Shown piece by piece: positions 10,846 through 22,684 of a DNA stretch of 64,000 bases. This DNA comes from Callorhinchus milii (taxonomy: Eukaryota). Each line of letters opens with the position of its first letter. Position 1 is the first letter of the stretch. The position numbers and the translations under genes are program-made. The stretch is from contig NW_024704743.1 of NCBI RefSeq assembly GCF_018977255.1, positions 17,920,001 to 17,984,000 of the forward strand, given 5' to 3'. The notes below the pieces were generated by a model that ran no database searches, had not been told where the DNA came from, and was given only the letters and a program-made list of their open reading frames with translations.

Positions 10846-11477
10846 TGTAATGAGGAAATGTGTATAGGTTTCTTAAACATATAATGAACGAGCAATGAAA
10901 GACTTTGGTTGTGAATTACATAACTAAGGACACCTGTATATATTGATCTGCACATTGTTTACACAACTTGCATTACAGACCCCACTATGAGCTCTGGATA
11001 ATCATTTCCCAAAACGTAATTTAGAAAGTGTTTTTTAAAGATTTCCTTAGTGTGTAGAACCGCTTTGTAGCTTTCTCATCCACCCAAGATGTCTTTCAGA
11101 TTTGTTTCCTCACTCTCTTTGCTTTCCATGTGTATACGATTCCTGCATTTCTCCTCAGAGCTGCTTCAACACTGCAGAGCCACAGGCACTGGATGCAGGT
11201 GAGAGAGTGGGCAGACATTCTGCCTGGATATCTGCCAATGCTCTGGACAACACAGCAAGAACTCTCTCTCTGACTCTTTACTTGTCACATCCCACAGCTG
11301 TGTGATGGATCTTTTCCTTTCTTTTACATGTATTGAATGCCCTTTCTTCAGCTCTGCTATTAAACAATGCAATTCCCTATCTATCGTTGTTGCTGATTGA
11401 GATACACTCACAGAATTCAGATCTGTCACTTGCAAAGAATAGGATACAGTCTGTTCTCCCTGCCACTTTTTATAATG

Positions 11478-11828
11478 CTAATAATCCTTGCATTTGATGT
11501 AGCACCTTATCACGTTGTTGAGATGTCTCAAAGCGCTTCACAGAATATATTGTAAAGTGGATTGACTGTGTGTTTTGTGGGCGAAATGCGGAAACCAATT
11601 GCGAACAGCAGTGTCCCACAAACAGCCGTGGATTGAGTGACCAATTTTTTTTTGAGGGATTATTACTCGCAGAAAGAGATCCATGAATCAACTATGACCT
11701 GGGTTCCTACCTACTGAAATGTGGTTGAGTAAGGAACCTTGCCTAAGGTTTCGCCCCGCCCGGCAATTGAACTCGGGTCCTCTCCCTTGCGAGGCGCGTG
11801 CTCAAACCAATACACTACAGGACTCCAC
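11478..11828 (-). mobile_element. Full-length tRNA-headed SINE, long form
   Basis: Head GTGGAGTCCTGTAG; internal AGTAGGTAGGAACCCAGG segment; Deu core; tail. Confidence 0.92.
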
Positions 11829-12859
11829 TATTTTCCTTCTCTTTTATTTGTAAATCCACCGTCAGACCACTGAATCTACCTTCCACTCAGCTCCTGTGCA
11901 AAGCACTGATGTTCCACAATTTTCAGTTTGTATAAATCATAGGTACTTAATTGTGCATATAAGTGATATATTTTGTGCATTCAGTCAATTTATGCTAATC
12001 ATTATTGCCTATTACTTTGTAATCATTGTTTTATGGCTTTCCAAGCAGCTACTCTACCAATGTAGTACTGGCAGCTGTCCTTTAATTTGGTGTTTTTTCC
12101 CCTCTGCAGGGTTCATCCTGTATGATACTGTTTAACCAAAAATAGTTCAGTTGGTTAGAGCGCTCCACTGTGACCTAGATGTTTGTGGGTTTAAGGCTCA
12201 CACCAGAGGCCTGACATTTCCACTAGTCTTAGCTTGTGAGAGCATGTTGTGGGAGTCATCCTTTTTAGATTCTGTTCAAAACCAGCTTCTGAGGTCAGAC
12301 TCAATTTCACTGCACGATCTTGAATTTTAAGATAAAATGGTCTTACAGGTAAAGATTAGGTTGAACCTTGGGCTTCTGGACTTGTAATTTAGACTGACAC
12401 TCAGTCCTGACACTCAGTCCTATATTGTTGCAGGTACTGTTCTTTGCACAAGTTGTCAAGCTGACATACATTCTGATGATTCGAGTGTGGTGTTATTCTG
12501 AAGGTTAGCAAGGAGTTTGCTGGCCAACCTTCCTACACTTACATTTTAGTTTTCTATCTACAAGTTTAAAATGCACGATACATCAGTATGAAAAGCAATT
12601 TATTATATCACTTTAGTTACAGGTTGGTAACCATCAATTGAGTCCCATGGTGTGACGTTCAAGCTTCCACTGACTCACTGTCAAGCTGTTGCCTTCTGGT
12701 AAGTACCTCAGCCAGATGCGTCACTTCACACTACAATGTCTCAAAAAAAACAGTGAATTTTGTCATTCGTCAGCATTCTTGTTGATATTTGCTGTTATTC
12801 TATATTTTGAATCCTGTAGGATTTGTAAGACAAATATGAAAATTGCACAAAATTATATT

Positions 12860-13240
12860 TTTTTTGGTCAGTCGGGTGTTTGACATCAGTGGAAACCCAT
12901 CACTATGAGTATCCGAACCAAACTGAAAGTTCCACATATGCACGCCACTAACTGGTTATGAACCAACTTTCATGTTTGCCTAGCCTTGTTGGATCGCAGA
13001 TATGTCACTGTGCCTGGAATGGAATACACACTCTCTCCCTTACCTAATGCCAATGATTATTAGGTGCAGGTTGGCAAGCGCAAAGGCTTCGGGACCCCAT
13101 TTAATCAGCTAAAACTGCATGGCTTACCATTGGTAGCACGATGGTAAACTTCCCACTCCTTGATCAGCTCGGACCACCCTACTCATTAGGACTTGGCTTG
13201 GAGTTAACTGGAAGAATCCCTGCTCCTAATAATATCGATT
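12860..13240 (-). mobile_element. 3' end of the RTE/RTEX-like LINE with poly(A)
   Basis: Reverse complement matches 15295-15700 and 50985-51510; ends GACC(A)n at about 12860. Confidence 0.75.
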
Positions 13241-13259
13241 GAGGTTCATTGGTCATTTA

Positions 13260-13378
13260 ATAACAACAATAATATTCATTGCATTTGATATAGCCATTAT
13301 CATGTCTTCGAGACGTCTCAAAGCGCTTCACAGAGTATACTGTTAAGTGAATTGACTGTATATTTTGTGGGTGAAATC
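13260..13378 (-). mobile_element. SINE 3' part, abutting a younger SINE
   Basis: TTGCATTTGATATAGCC..CGAGACGTCTCAAAGCGCTTCACAG. Confidence 0.85.
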
Positions 13379-13383
13379 CCTAT

Positions 13384-13715
13384 AAATAATAATAATAATA
13401 ATAATAATAATCCTTGCATTTGATATAGCGCTTTTCACGTCGGGAGGACGTCCCAAAGCGCTTCACAGAACACACTGTAAAGTGAATTGACTGTATATTT
13501 GTGGGCGAACGCGGCAGCCAATTGCGCACAGCAATGTCCCACAAACAGTCGTAGATTGAAAATGACCAATTTATTATTGTTTTGGGTTTTGGAGGGATTA
13601 TTATTAGGCTTGTGGAGTAAGGAAACTTGCCCAAGGTTTCGCCCTCCGCCTGGAATTGAACTCAGGTCTCTCACTTGCAAAGCGAGTGCTCTAACCACTG
13701 AGCTACAGGACTCCA
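13384..13715 (-). mobile_element. Young full-length tRNA-Ala-headed SINE with L2-A-type tail
   Basis: Long pure (TAA)n; GGGACGTCCTCCCGACGTGAAAAGCGC tail; near-identical to 5553-5886. Confidence 0.95.
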
Positions 13716-14249
13716 TTTAAAGTCCATTTAAGTTGAATATTCATTCTGCTATGGATATGTCTTCACAAGAGACGGTCTTGCATTCTCAGGCAAAGCTGAA
13801 GATTGCTGCAGTTAATCCTTGCTATTGTGAATCATTTTTTTTCTCAACAACATTGAGCTTTCTCAGTGAATTGAGCACCTGGCAGGCTTTGTGATGAAGC
13901 ACACAATTTGATTCCGCTACTTAAAGGAAGTGTTATTTGAAGTGTAGCCATTCTTTTGCAGGATGAGCCAGTTGGGGAGATCAGATATCAGTGCAAAACT
14001 CTCAGTGAGATCCCAATAAAAATTGTGTATGACTCACTGGTATGATTCTTGCAGAGTTGGAGTGAGGGCAGAGAATTTAGTTTCTGGCAGTTTCACACTT
14101 TAAGCAGGAGAGTTTGTGACAGAGGATATTAAGTGATGGTTTATTTGTGCCCGAGATAGTCAAGGAATTGGCTGCTGTTCCTCTTTAGTTTAATCTGTAT
14201 CTGGTTATGAACCAACTTCCATATTTACCTATCCCTCATTGGGACTTAT

Positions 14250-14612
14250 ATTAATAATCCTTGCATTTGATGTAGGACCTTATCACGTCATTGAGATGTA
14301 TACTGTAAAGTGAATTGACTGTATATTTTGTGGCCAAATGCGGCACCAATTGTACACAGCAGTGGCCCCTACTTGCTGACAGGAAAACAGAGGCATGTGG
14401 ACTAAGCAAACTTGCCTAAGGCTTTTCCCCGACTTGAGCTCATAGTTCAGGATGGCACTGCAGTACTGGGAGAAGTGCTGCATTGTTGGAGGAAGTTTCC
14501 TTTGGATAAAATGTTAAATAAAGGCCTGTTTTGCCTGATCAGGTGGACATCAAAGATCCCAAGACACAATTTGGAAAATGAAGGGTGTTTCTCCCAGTGT
14601 TCTGGCCAGTAA
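14250..14612. mobile_element. SINE fragments: minus-strand SINE 14250-14430; plus-strand old Deu SINE 14430-14612
   Basis: AATCCTTGCATTTGATG..TGTAAAGTGAATTGACTG; then GGATAAAATGTTAAA..CAGGTGGACATCAAAGATCCC. Confidence 0.7.
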
Positions 14613-15294
14613 ATGCTGCTGCATTCGCATGCAAATATAGTCAATACTTGACGCCAATTACCTGCAAAGTATTCTGAGAGGTTCCTAAGTTATAGACATT
14701 TGTTTGTAACTTATCTCTGGGCAACATTGGCAGGGCTGGCATTTGTTACCCATCCATGTTGTTCTGAGAAGGTTGTGGTGGGGCATGTTTCTTATTCTAC
14801 TGGAGAGCAGCATCTTGGGATGTCCTCCTGACGTAAAAGACGCTATACAAATGTAATTTGTAGTTGTTGTCCATCTTGCCATGTTGCTCCTACAATGGTG
14901 TTCGAATCTTTCTGAATTGCTTGCTAGTCCATATTTGATAGTATTAAGATTCAAAAACTTAACGTAGGACTCGAATCACATGTAGGTTAAATTGGATAAG
15001 AGTGGCAATCCCTACTCTTTCCTGGTCCTCTCTTATGTTCCTCCTTTTAAATGTTTACCAGGCTCACTTTTGTACGTTCTTGTAGTCCAACCCTCAACAG
15101 CCTTTTGTGGCAAAAGCAGTCCATATTCAGTATTTACATCTATATTGTTTTAATTTTGGATATAGGTCATTTTGCCTTTGCCAGAGCAACTCTGTTTAAA
15201 AGGTAGGGAGGGCGATAGATTCTTTTGGTTGCTGTATAAATTTTAAATGAAAATTTTTACACGTTTTAGTATCAATCTATTCTACTCAATTGGC

Positions 15295-15700
15295 ATACAC
15301 AGCCAGCCTGGCTCGGAAGGGAAGACCAGACACTGGGGGAAGGAACTTCTCCCAATCATTTTGTGTTAACCCTGTAAGTTAAAGCCCTAACAGGTAGGGT
15401 CATTCTAGCTGGACAAACAGCAGGAAAGCTTGCCAGACAGTGATATCAATGGCAAGCTATGGTGTTTTAGCTGGTAATACTCCAACAGTACCTCAACGCA
15501 CACTCTGGGGTCCCCAAGCCTTGGTTTTTGACAACCTGCGCCTGATACTTTCCGCAATTAGGTACACAGAATGCATTCCTCCAGGGAGAGAGTGCATGTT
15601 CCATTCCAATAAATATCTCAGGAATTTTCATATGTCGGTGGGATGCATCGAATTCTGTTTGGTTTGGATAGTCTTTTTTTTTGGCCCCCCCCAAAAAAAA
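15295..15700 (+). mobile_element. 3' end of the RTE/RTEX-like LINE
   Basis: Shares AGCCAGCCTGGCTC..AAAGCCCTAACAGGTAGGG..CTAGCTGGACAA with 49095-49230; TTTGGTTTGGATA near the end, followed by an A-run. Confidence 0.75.
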
Positions 15701-15811
15701 ATCTATTCAGGGAAATGCGCACCTGCAAATTTGACATTTCTTCATTTGAAATACAAGCTATTTGAAGGAGCACATGAAAAACACATCTAGAATTTCCTTG
15801 TAGTGGTTTTA

Positions 15812-16190
15812 CAAGCAAGGCCAACAAGCAGGGAGTTGGCAGAGTCAAGCCTGGATGTTATGAAAGCGTGTATGAGGGTCTCGGCGGCCTGCGGTGTGAG
15901 ACAGTGGTGGAACCGGGTGACATTGCGGAAACGGGGGAAGGCAGAGCGGGTCATGGCACGGATGTGGGATAGAAAGGATAGTTGATGGTCAAACAAGAAG
16001 CCAAGGTTCCGGACTGGCTCAGTGAGGTGGAGCGTACATCCTTGGATGGTGATGCTGTCAGCGCCTGAGGTGTGGAGGCGCTGACGGGACCCAATCAGGA
16101 GAGCCTCGGTCTTGTTGAAGTTCAGCTGTAGAAAGTATCTCTCATCCAGGACTTGATGTCTGACAGACATTCTGTCAGGACAGCAGTGGC
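15812..16190 (-). mobile_element. L2 ORF2 internal fragment (subfamily B-like)
   Basis: FLQLNFNKTEALLIGSRQRL..VRNLGFLFD..AETLIHAFITSRLD; closely similar to 44090-44475. Confidence 0.92.
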
Positions 16191-17149
16191 TCTGTTGCTC
16201 CCCCCACCCCCCCTCAAGTAATGTTTGTCTGTTGAACGTTAACCAGCAGGAGTTATTACATTTTAGCAATGCAGCGACCAGCCTACCTAATTTGTAGGTA
16301 AAATGTTCCTCAGGTAATATTACAAGCAGCATCTATTAAAGCTGGGTTTAAAACTGGAGTCCAGTGGACGATGAAAACATGACATTTATTGAACTTGTGG
16401 GATTCAGTAAGTTGTCAGTGATTGGCCTGTGCTGAAGCTTTGTTTGAAGGCTTGTGTGAAGCTTTTGTCAAAAAAAGTAAGCAGCACTGACATGTGATAT
16501 CCTCAGTGGGTTTAGGCTGAACTTCGCTGGAGAAGCACAAAGGCAAGATGTATTAGATACTGAGTTCTGTTCCTTCACCTCTTGACTGTTGTACGTTCAG
16601 ACATGTAATCCAGTTGTCACTATACTTTCTGGTTGTTTCAGACTATAGCTCAGCATTAGTATTCTTAAGATCTGCTATTATTGCCAGGCTTTGATAAAGA
16701 ATTGCATTCAAGAGCATAAGCTTCTTGATGTTTTGGCATTTGTCTTCTATTTCTAAGGAAGCGTACTGTACACTGCTTAGTTGTTTTTCACACAAATAAT
16801 AAATGTGACAATTTGTGTTCTTTAACACACTGGAACATTCTATTCTGCCACGCTGTACTACGGCTAATCCATAAAGCATTCAAAAAGCTTTTCATTCAAA
16901 ATTCATCACAGTTTGGAATGAAAATCCTGCACTATTTATGTATAAACCAGAGGCAATAATACATACTGTGTCCAAGATAACACCTAGAGAGTAATGAGAA
17001 AAGTGTCCTTTATAAATCACTGGATATTGTTGTGTATAGAAAGGATTTTCATGGCTTGATTTTAAACTTTTGCTCTTTATGGGATTAAAATTCCAACATA
17101 TCCCAATGGACAGGAATTTGGTTTAACCTCTTAGGAAACTACATGAAAT

Positions 17150-17265
17150 TTTGCCCACGATATACACAGCCAAATAAGTTTTCAGCATATCCTGTGAAGC
17201 GCTTTGAGACGTCTCGAAGACATGATAAGGCGCTATATCAAAAGCAAGGATTATTATTATTATTG
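17150..17265 (+). mobile_element. SINE 3' fragment
   Basis: GTGAAGCGCTTTGAGACGTCTCGAAGACATGATAAGGCGCTATATCAAAAGCAAGGATTATT. Confidence 0.85.
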
Positions 17266-18479
17266 CCACAGTCTAATATCACCTTACACAGTGCTAGATA
17301 GACATTTAAAATGGAGTAATTTGCAGGGATAATAACTACTTTTATATCAAGCCTTCTGTTGGAACTTTGAATTCATATCTAGACAGTCCGATGCGATGGT
17401 GGAGAAGCATTGAATTACACGACATTGCATTGTCAGAGGTAACATTCTTTTCTTATGAATATGGCAAAAATGACTGATGGGATTCCCTTTACCAGTATTC
17501 AAGAAGTGAAATAGTGGTGAGATTAAAAACTGCAATAAGCTGAGGCCACATGCTGTTTGTTTTATGACACTTATGGGTATTGATAGTTTCTGAGCTAATC
17601 TGCAGGAACACAATCTGCACTTACATAGAAAAGAAGACATGTTTATAATAAATAATAATCCTTGCATTTGATGTAGCACCTTCAAGTCTGAAAGATGTCT
17701 CGAAGCGTGACTGGGGGATTGTTGACCAGAACGCTGGGAGAAGATCCCTTTTAAGATTAATAATAAATAAACTATTTAATAAGATTATGCTTTTTCGTCA
17801 ACCATACCTTGCAGGTTTCATAGAATTGTTCCCAGTTACTTTAAGGCTCTGCCATGAAGTTTAAAATAACATTTTTTAAAAAAATTTAAAATCATTCTGT
17901 ATATTGTCATAAATCTGCATGTTCATATTCTACAGAATAGGCTGATCTTTACACACAGCAATTCTGGCATACAAGGGACAGTGCACATTTATTATCCTTG
18001 GAGCAATAAGCAGGAATTGTCCCAAAAATTCATCCAGAGTGGCAGGTGACAGGAGATCATTTATGAACTGGTGGAAATTATTGAAAATTATTGTTTTTCA
18101 TTACATCAAGGCTTGACTATGCAAACTGCTTCTTGTCGGCCTCCCCAATTCCTCCCTCGAAGCGTTCTAAATGCTGCAACAAATCTTTGTAAAAGCAAAT
18201 AAAGCAGATTTCTTCTCTGAAAAGATATGTGATGGATTTCATGCAATAAGATTAATACACCTAATTTATAATATCTAAAGACTAAGAGATACGTGAATAT
18301 GTTTTAAGGTTTGAATTCAATGAATTATAAGGCTATAATTTAGTTAAGGAATTCTGATGACATGAACCACCACAATGCAGGTCTAGCAGTTTATAAAGAT
18401 CTCGGAAAACCCCCCAAATTAAATTGAAGCTTTTACCTCCCTTCCCATGCCTGTTGTAGGCCTTTTATAAAGCAGTTAG

Positions 18480-18565
18480 TGAAAGTGACTTGCTCTGTCA
18501 AAGAGCCGGCACAGATTCGATGGGCCGAATGGCCTCCTTCTGTGCCGTAACATTCTATGAATCAT
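18480..18565 (+). mobile_element. CR1 3' terminal fragment
   Basis: AAAGAGCCGGCACAGATTCGATGGGCCGAATGGCCTCCTTCTGTGCCGTAACATTCTATGA. Confidence 0.85.
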
Positions 18566-18829
18566 AGATTCCAGTGTAAAGGTGCATTGTTTATGGCTTC
18601 CTCACTAAATGAGAACACATATATAATACACACCTGATAATATATTTGCTGCTTATTTTGTCTCATGTTTTGTGTATGAAATATTATAGATTGCATGCAT
18701 TCCTTATCATGACTTTATAACTGAAGGAATCGAACAGATAGACTAGTTAAGAATAATTTTTATGGAAGTAGATGAATTCATCTTGCATTTGATACAGCAC
18801 CTTCTCGAGTTGTTGTCATGATTATCATG

Positions 18830-19874
18830 AAACACACCACACTTGACCCCATCCCCACCCCTCTCCTTACCTCCCAGCTCCACCTCCTCGCCTCTTTACG
18901 CTCCGACACCATCAATCTTTCCCTGTCATCTGGCACCTTTCCCATCCCCCTAAAAACAACTATAATCACTCTTATCTTGAAAAAACCTTCCCTGGACTGA
19001 TCCCTGCTTTCTAACTACCGGCCCATCTCCAACCTCCCTTTTCTTTCCAAGGTCTTTGAAAGAATCGTTGCTTCGCTCATTCCTCTCCTACCACTTCCTT
19101 CACAAGCCCCTCCACAGCACAGAAACTGCTCTGGTCAAGATGACAAACGACATCCTGTCCATCTATGACCAGGGCTCCCTCTTGCCTCCTTGTCCTCCTC
19201 TACCTCTCTGCTGCCTTTGATACCGTGGACCACTCTATCCTCCTCCACTGCCTATCCTCCCACCTCAACCTTCAAGATTTTGTCCTTGAATGGTTTAGGT
19301 CTTATCTCTCACACCATCTCCAATTTGTCTCCGCCAATGGTTTCTCTTCCATCTCTACACAGTCTTGTGTGGTGTTCCTCAGAGCTCTATCCTCGGTCCC
19401 CTCCTCTTCAACCTTTACATACCCCCCCCTTGGTGATATGATCCGCAGACATGGAGTCAACTTCCACATGTACGCGGATGACACTAAACTCTGTCTCTCT
19501 GCCTCCACCCTCGATTCCAGGACAACTGCTGTCCTGACAGACTGTCTGTCTGACATCAAGTCCTGGATGAGAGCTAACTTTCTACAGCTGAATGTCAGCA
19601 AGACCGAGGCCCTCCTGATTGGCTCGCGCCAGCACCTCCACATCTCAGACACTGGCAGCATCAGCATCTATGGTTGCAGACTCCACCTCACCAAGCCAGT
19701 CAGGAACCTGGGCATCTTGTTCGACCCTCAACTGTCCTTTCTCCCCCATATCCATACCATGACCTGCTCTGCCATCTCCCCACCTCCACAACATTGCCCG
19801 ACCCTGCCACTGCCTCACCCCTCAGGCCACTAAAATCCTCATCCACGCATTCGTCACCTCGAGGCTCGACTACG
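18830..19874 (+). mobile_element. L2 RT-domain fragment lacking its 3' end
   Basis: NYRPISNLPFLSKV, LSAAFDTVDHSILL, HMYADDTKL, FLQLNVSKTEALLIG. Confidence 0.95.
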
Positions 19875-19938
19875 GAAACTGAACTCAGGTCTCTCGCTTG
19901 CAAAGCGAGTGCTCTAACCACTGAGCTACAGGACTCCA
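19875..19938 (-). mobile_element. Isolated young SINE tRNA head
   Basis: Reverse complement GTGGAGTCCTGTAGCTCAGTGGTTAGAGCACTCGCTTTGCAAGCGAGAGACCTGAGTTC. Confidence 0.9.
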
Positions 19939-20539
19939 CAAACCATCCAAACCCATTGCTCAAGAACACCTATCCCACCCCTCCCCCATCACTGATTTTT
20001 AAATGAGTCTGGTGTCCTGGCCTTAACCACCTTTCCTTAACAACCTGCTACACTCTCACAGATTACCTGTTGCGTTTAATTGAAAAAAAACTTCCTGGTA
20101 TCTCTCCTGAAGTTGTCCTTTACAGCTCGAAACCTATGTCCTCTTGATGCATCCTAAAATATTGATGTGGTATTATGCTTGTTCTGATGTTGCAAAAATA
20201 CGGTTTATTTCTTTCATACTGTAGTTACAGTGTTGTATGTGTAAAACAGGAAACAATTCATCAACTGGGAAAAATCAAGTGCTGATCATTAAAAAAATCT
20301 ACTTTTGTGTGTTACTTATAATGGGAATTTCAATTATAAGAAAAATGGGGGAGGGAAGGATACAGTGCAACATTTGGTATTACCATTGGTGATTTTATCA
20401 GTCCTAATTAAAATTTGAAAAATATTCATTGGAAAAGCCGGAGTATAAATAGCGCCTCAGAGCTGGATGAAACTTCCCTGGGAGGTCCCTGCAGGAACTC
20501 CATTCGTTGGGCTCCTGAAGCCTTGCCTCTCATTGACTT

Positions 20540-20635
20540 GTGCTGAATATTTTCTGGGATTAGATAAGCAGGGTGTGTCCCTCCAGCAAGAGAGTGCGGA
20601 TTCCATTCCAGACATGGGGAAACTTCCATACATGC
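20540..20635 (+). mobile_element. Fragment of the RTE/RTEX-like 3' UTR
   Basis: TTTCTGGGATTAGATAAG..CTCCAGCAAGAGAGTGCGGATTCCATTCCAG matches 15550-15610. Confidence 0.6.
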
Positions 20636-20975
20636 CCCATAACATAGTGGTTAGGATGTTCCCATCGCGAGCGAGAGAACCTGGGGCGAAACCTTAAGCA
20701 TGTTTTGTTGCTCTGCATGCCTCTATTTACCTAGCAGTAAGTAGGAAATTGGTTGTTCGGCAATTGGCGGATTGTCCCGCGCAGGGTAATAACCCCTTCA
20801 AAAAATAATTGGTCACTCACTCCAGGACTCTTTTGGAGACGTTGCTGTGCACAATTGGCTGCTGCATTTAGCTCGCAAAATACAAGATCAACGTATTCTC
20901 TGAAGCACTTTGAGATGTCGAACTAAAACAATGTGATAAGACGCTACACCAAATACAAGGATTATTATTGTTATT
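20636..20975 (+). mobile_element. tRNA-headed SINE, long form, decayed
   Basis: AGTGGTTAG..CGCGAGCGAGAGAAC; TTTACCTAGCAGTAAGTAGGAA; Deu core; tail. Confidence 0.85.
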
Positions 20976-21399
20976 AATGTATGGCGCTGGGTTCTGCATG
21001 TGTCAAGCATGATTTCAAAAAAGAGCTGTAAATAATGCCTCTTAAAGGAACCTAACATCCCATGTGATACCTCGGCTCAGAGGTGACCTTAATTCAGAGC
21101 CAAGATCTCGAGGGTTGGCTTGCCATACAGGAATTCCCTGGAGGAGACACTATGTTTGTCCTGAGGTGCTTTTCCTGGTATCAATGAGCCAGTTATAATA
21201 ATAATAATCCTTGCATTTGGTATATTGTCTTTCATGAGGAGCGCTTCATAGGATATACTGTAAAGTGCAGTGTCTATGTGTTTAATGGGCGAGTTATATT
21301 ACCAGTTTCCCGATAGGTACTTTTACAACTCCAGCATGACCATGTATCCCAGTATAAACAGGACTGTTTTAACTGGATTTAAACAGTAAACCTATTCTA

Positions 21400-21762
21400 T
21401 GTGAAGTCCTGTAGCGTGTTGGTTAGAGCATTTGCCTTGCAAGCCAGAGGACCTGAGTTTGATTCCCGGGCAGGGCGAAACCTTAGGCAAGTTTCCTTAC
21501 TCCACATGCCTCTGTTTACCTAGCAGTACGTAGGAACCCAGTTGTTAGTCGATTAGCGGATCGCTTTCCGGGGGTAATAATCCTTTCAAAATATATATTA
21601 TAATTTGGTCACTCAATCCACAACTATTTGTGGGACATTGCTGTGTGTAAATAGCTGCCGAGTTTTCCCCACAAAATGTACAGTCCATTCACTTCACAGC
21701 ATATTCTGTGAAGCGTTTTGGGAGGTCTCAAAGACTTGATAAGGTGTAATATCAGGATTATT
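21400..21762 (+). mobile_element. Full-length tRNA-headed SINE, long form
   Basis: GTCCTGTAGC..GAGTTTGATTCCCGGGCAGGGCGAAACC; internal segment; core; tail. Confidence 0.92.
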
Positions 21763-21829
21763 ATAGAGAAGATTGAGTTTTTTTTACCTCTACTTCTGTT
21801 ATACAATGCCTGTCAGAACCAGCCAGATA

Positions 21830-21998
21830 TGCACTCCCAAACAGTTTTTGCGGGACATTGCTGTGTGCAAATAGGCAACCGCTTTTGCCTACAAAATATT
21901 CATTCACTACGGGTTTACAGCAAAATCCTTTGAGTAAAAGTGCTTTGAGATGTTTTGACAACTTGATAAGATGCTGTCAAATGCAAGGATTATTATAA
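21830..21998 (+). mobile_element. SINE 3' half
   Basis: GGGACATTGCTGTGTGCAAAT..AAATGCAAGGATTATTAT. Confidence 0.75.
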
Positions 21999-22684
21999 CC
22001 TGAAAACAACAAATTAAAAAATTAACACAAAATTAAAGCTTTTAATTTGTGTTACCTATTTCGGTGTGTAAAAACCTACTTGGCAGGTAGTGTTTTGTGA
22101 TTTGTTTCACATGGGGAATCTATGTACAAGTTATTTTTGTTTGGCATAGAACTGATACATGCCTGTGTACGAATTGTAGAGACAAAATGTCTGAGGATGA
22201 ACAAAAATTCTACAGAGTCTTACTCAGCTGGAGGCTTGAGCAGAAAGCTGGCTTCTCTGTGGAACTATTAGCAGCTCCAGTCATGAATCACAGAGTTTGT
22301 TCACCAGGAGACTGACAGCCAAGAAGACAATCAATGGATTTTACTCCTTGCAAGCCAAAAAGCATATTCGAGAAAATAATTCACAAAAGACAGAAACCCA
22401 ACATTGTTGTGAAACAGGCTTAAATCTCTAGGGTTTAAACAGTAAACTTATTCAGCAGAGAAAAATGATTTGATAGTCTCTATCCTCCCACCTCTGTTAC
22501 ACTTTGCCTGTCAAGACCAGTCAGATATCCACTACCAAACTGTGTGCTACTGTCCAGCACATTTCAGTAAATTCCGATAAACCCCAAGAGATGATTGAGA
22601 CGTGAGCATTAAGGACAGAGGTACTGATGCCCAAATACCAATCAAACAACATAGTGCAATTACATTATTGCAAAGTGATTTGAC

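Noticed and set aside
13640..13715. tRNA-Ala(TGC) gene
   Set aside because: Continues directly into SINE body and tail, has an imperfect T-stem and many dispersed copies; it is a SINE head
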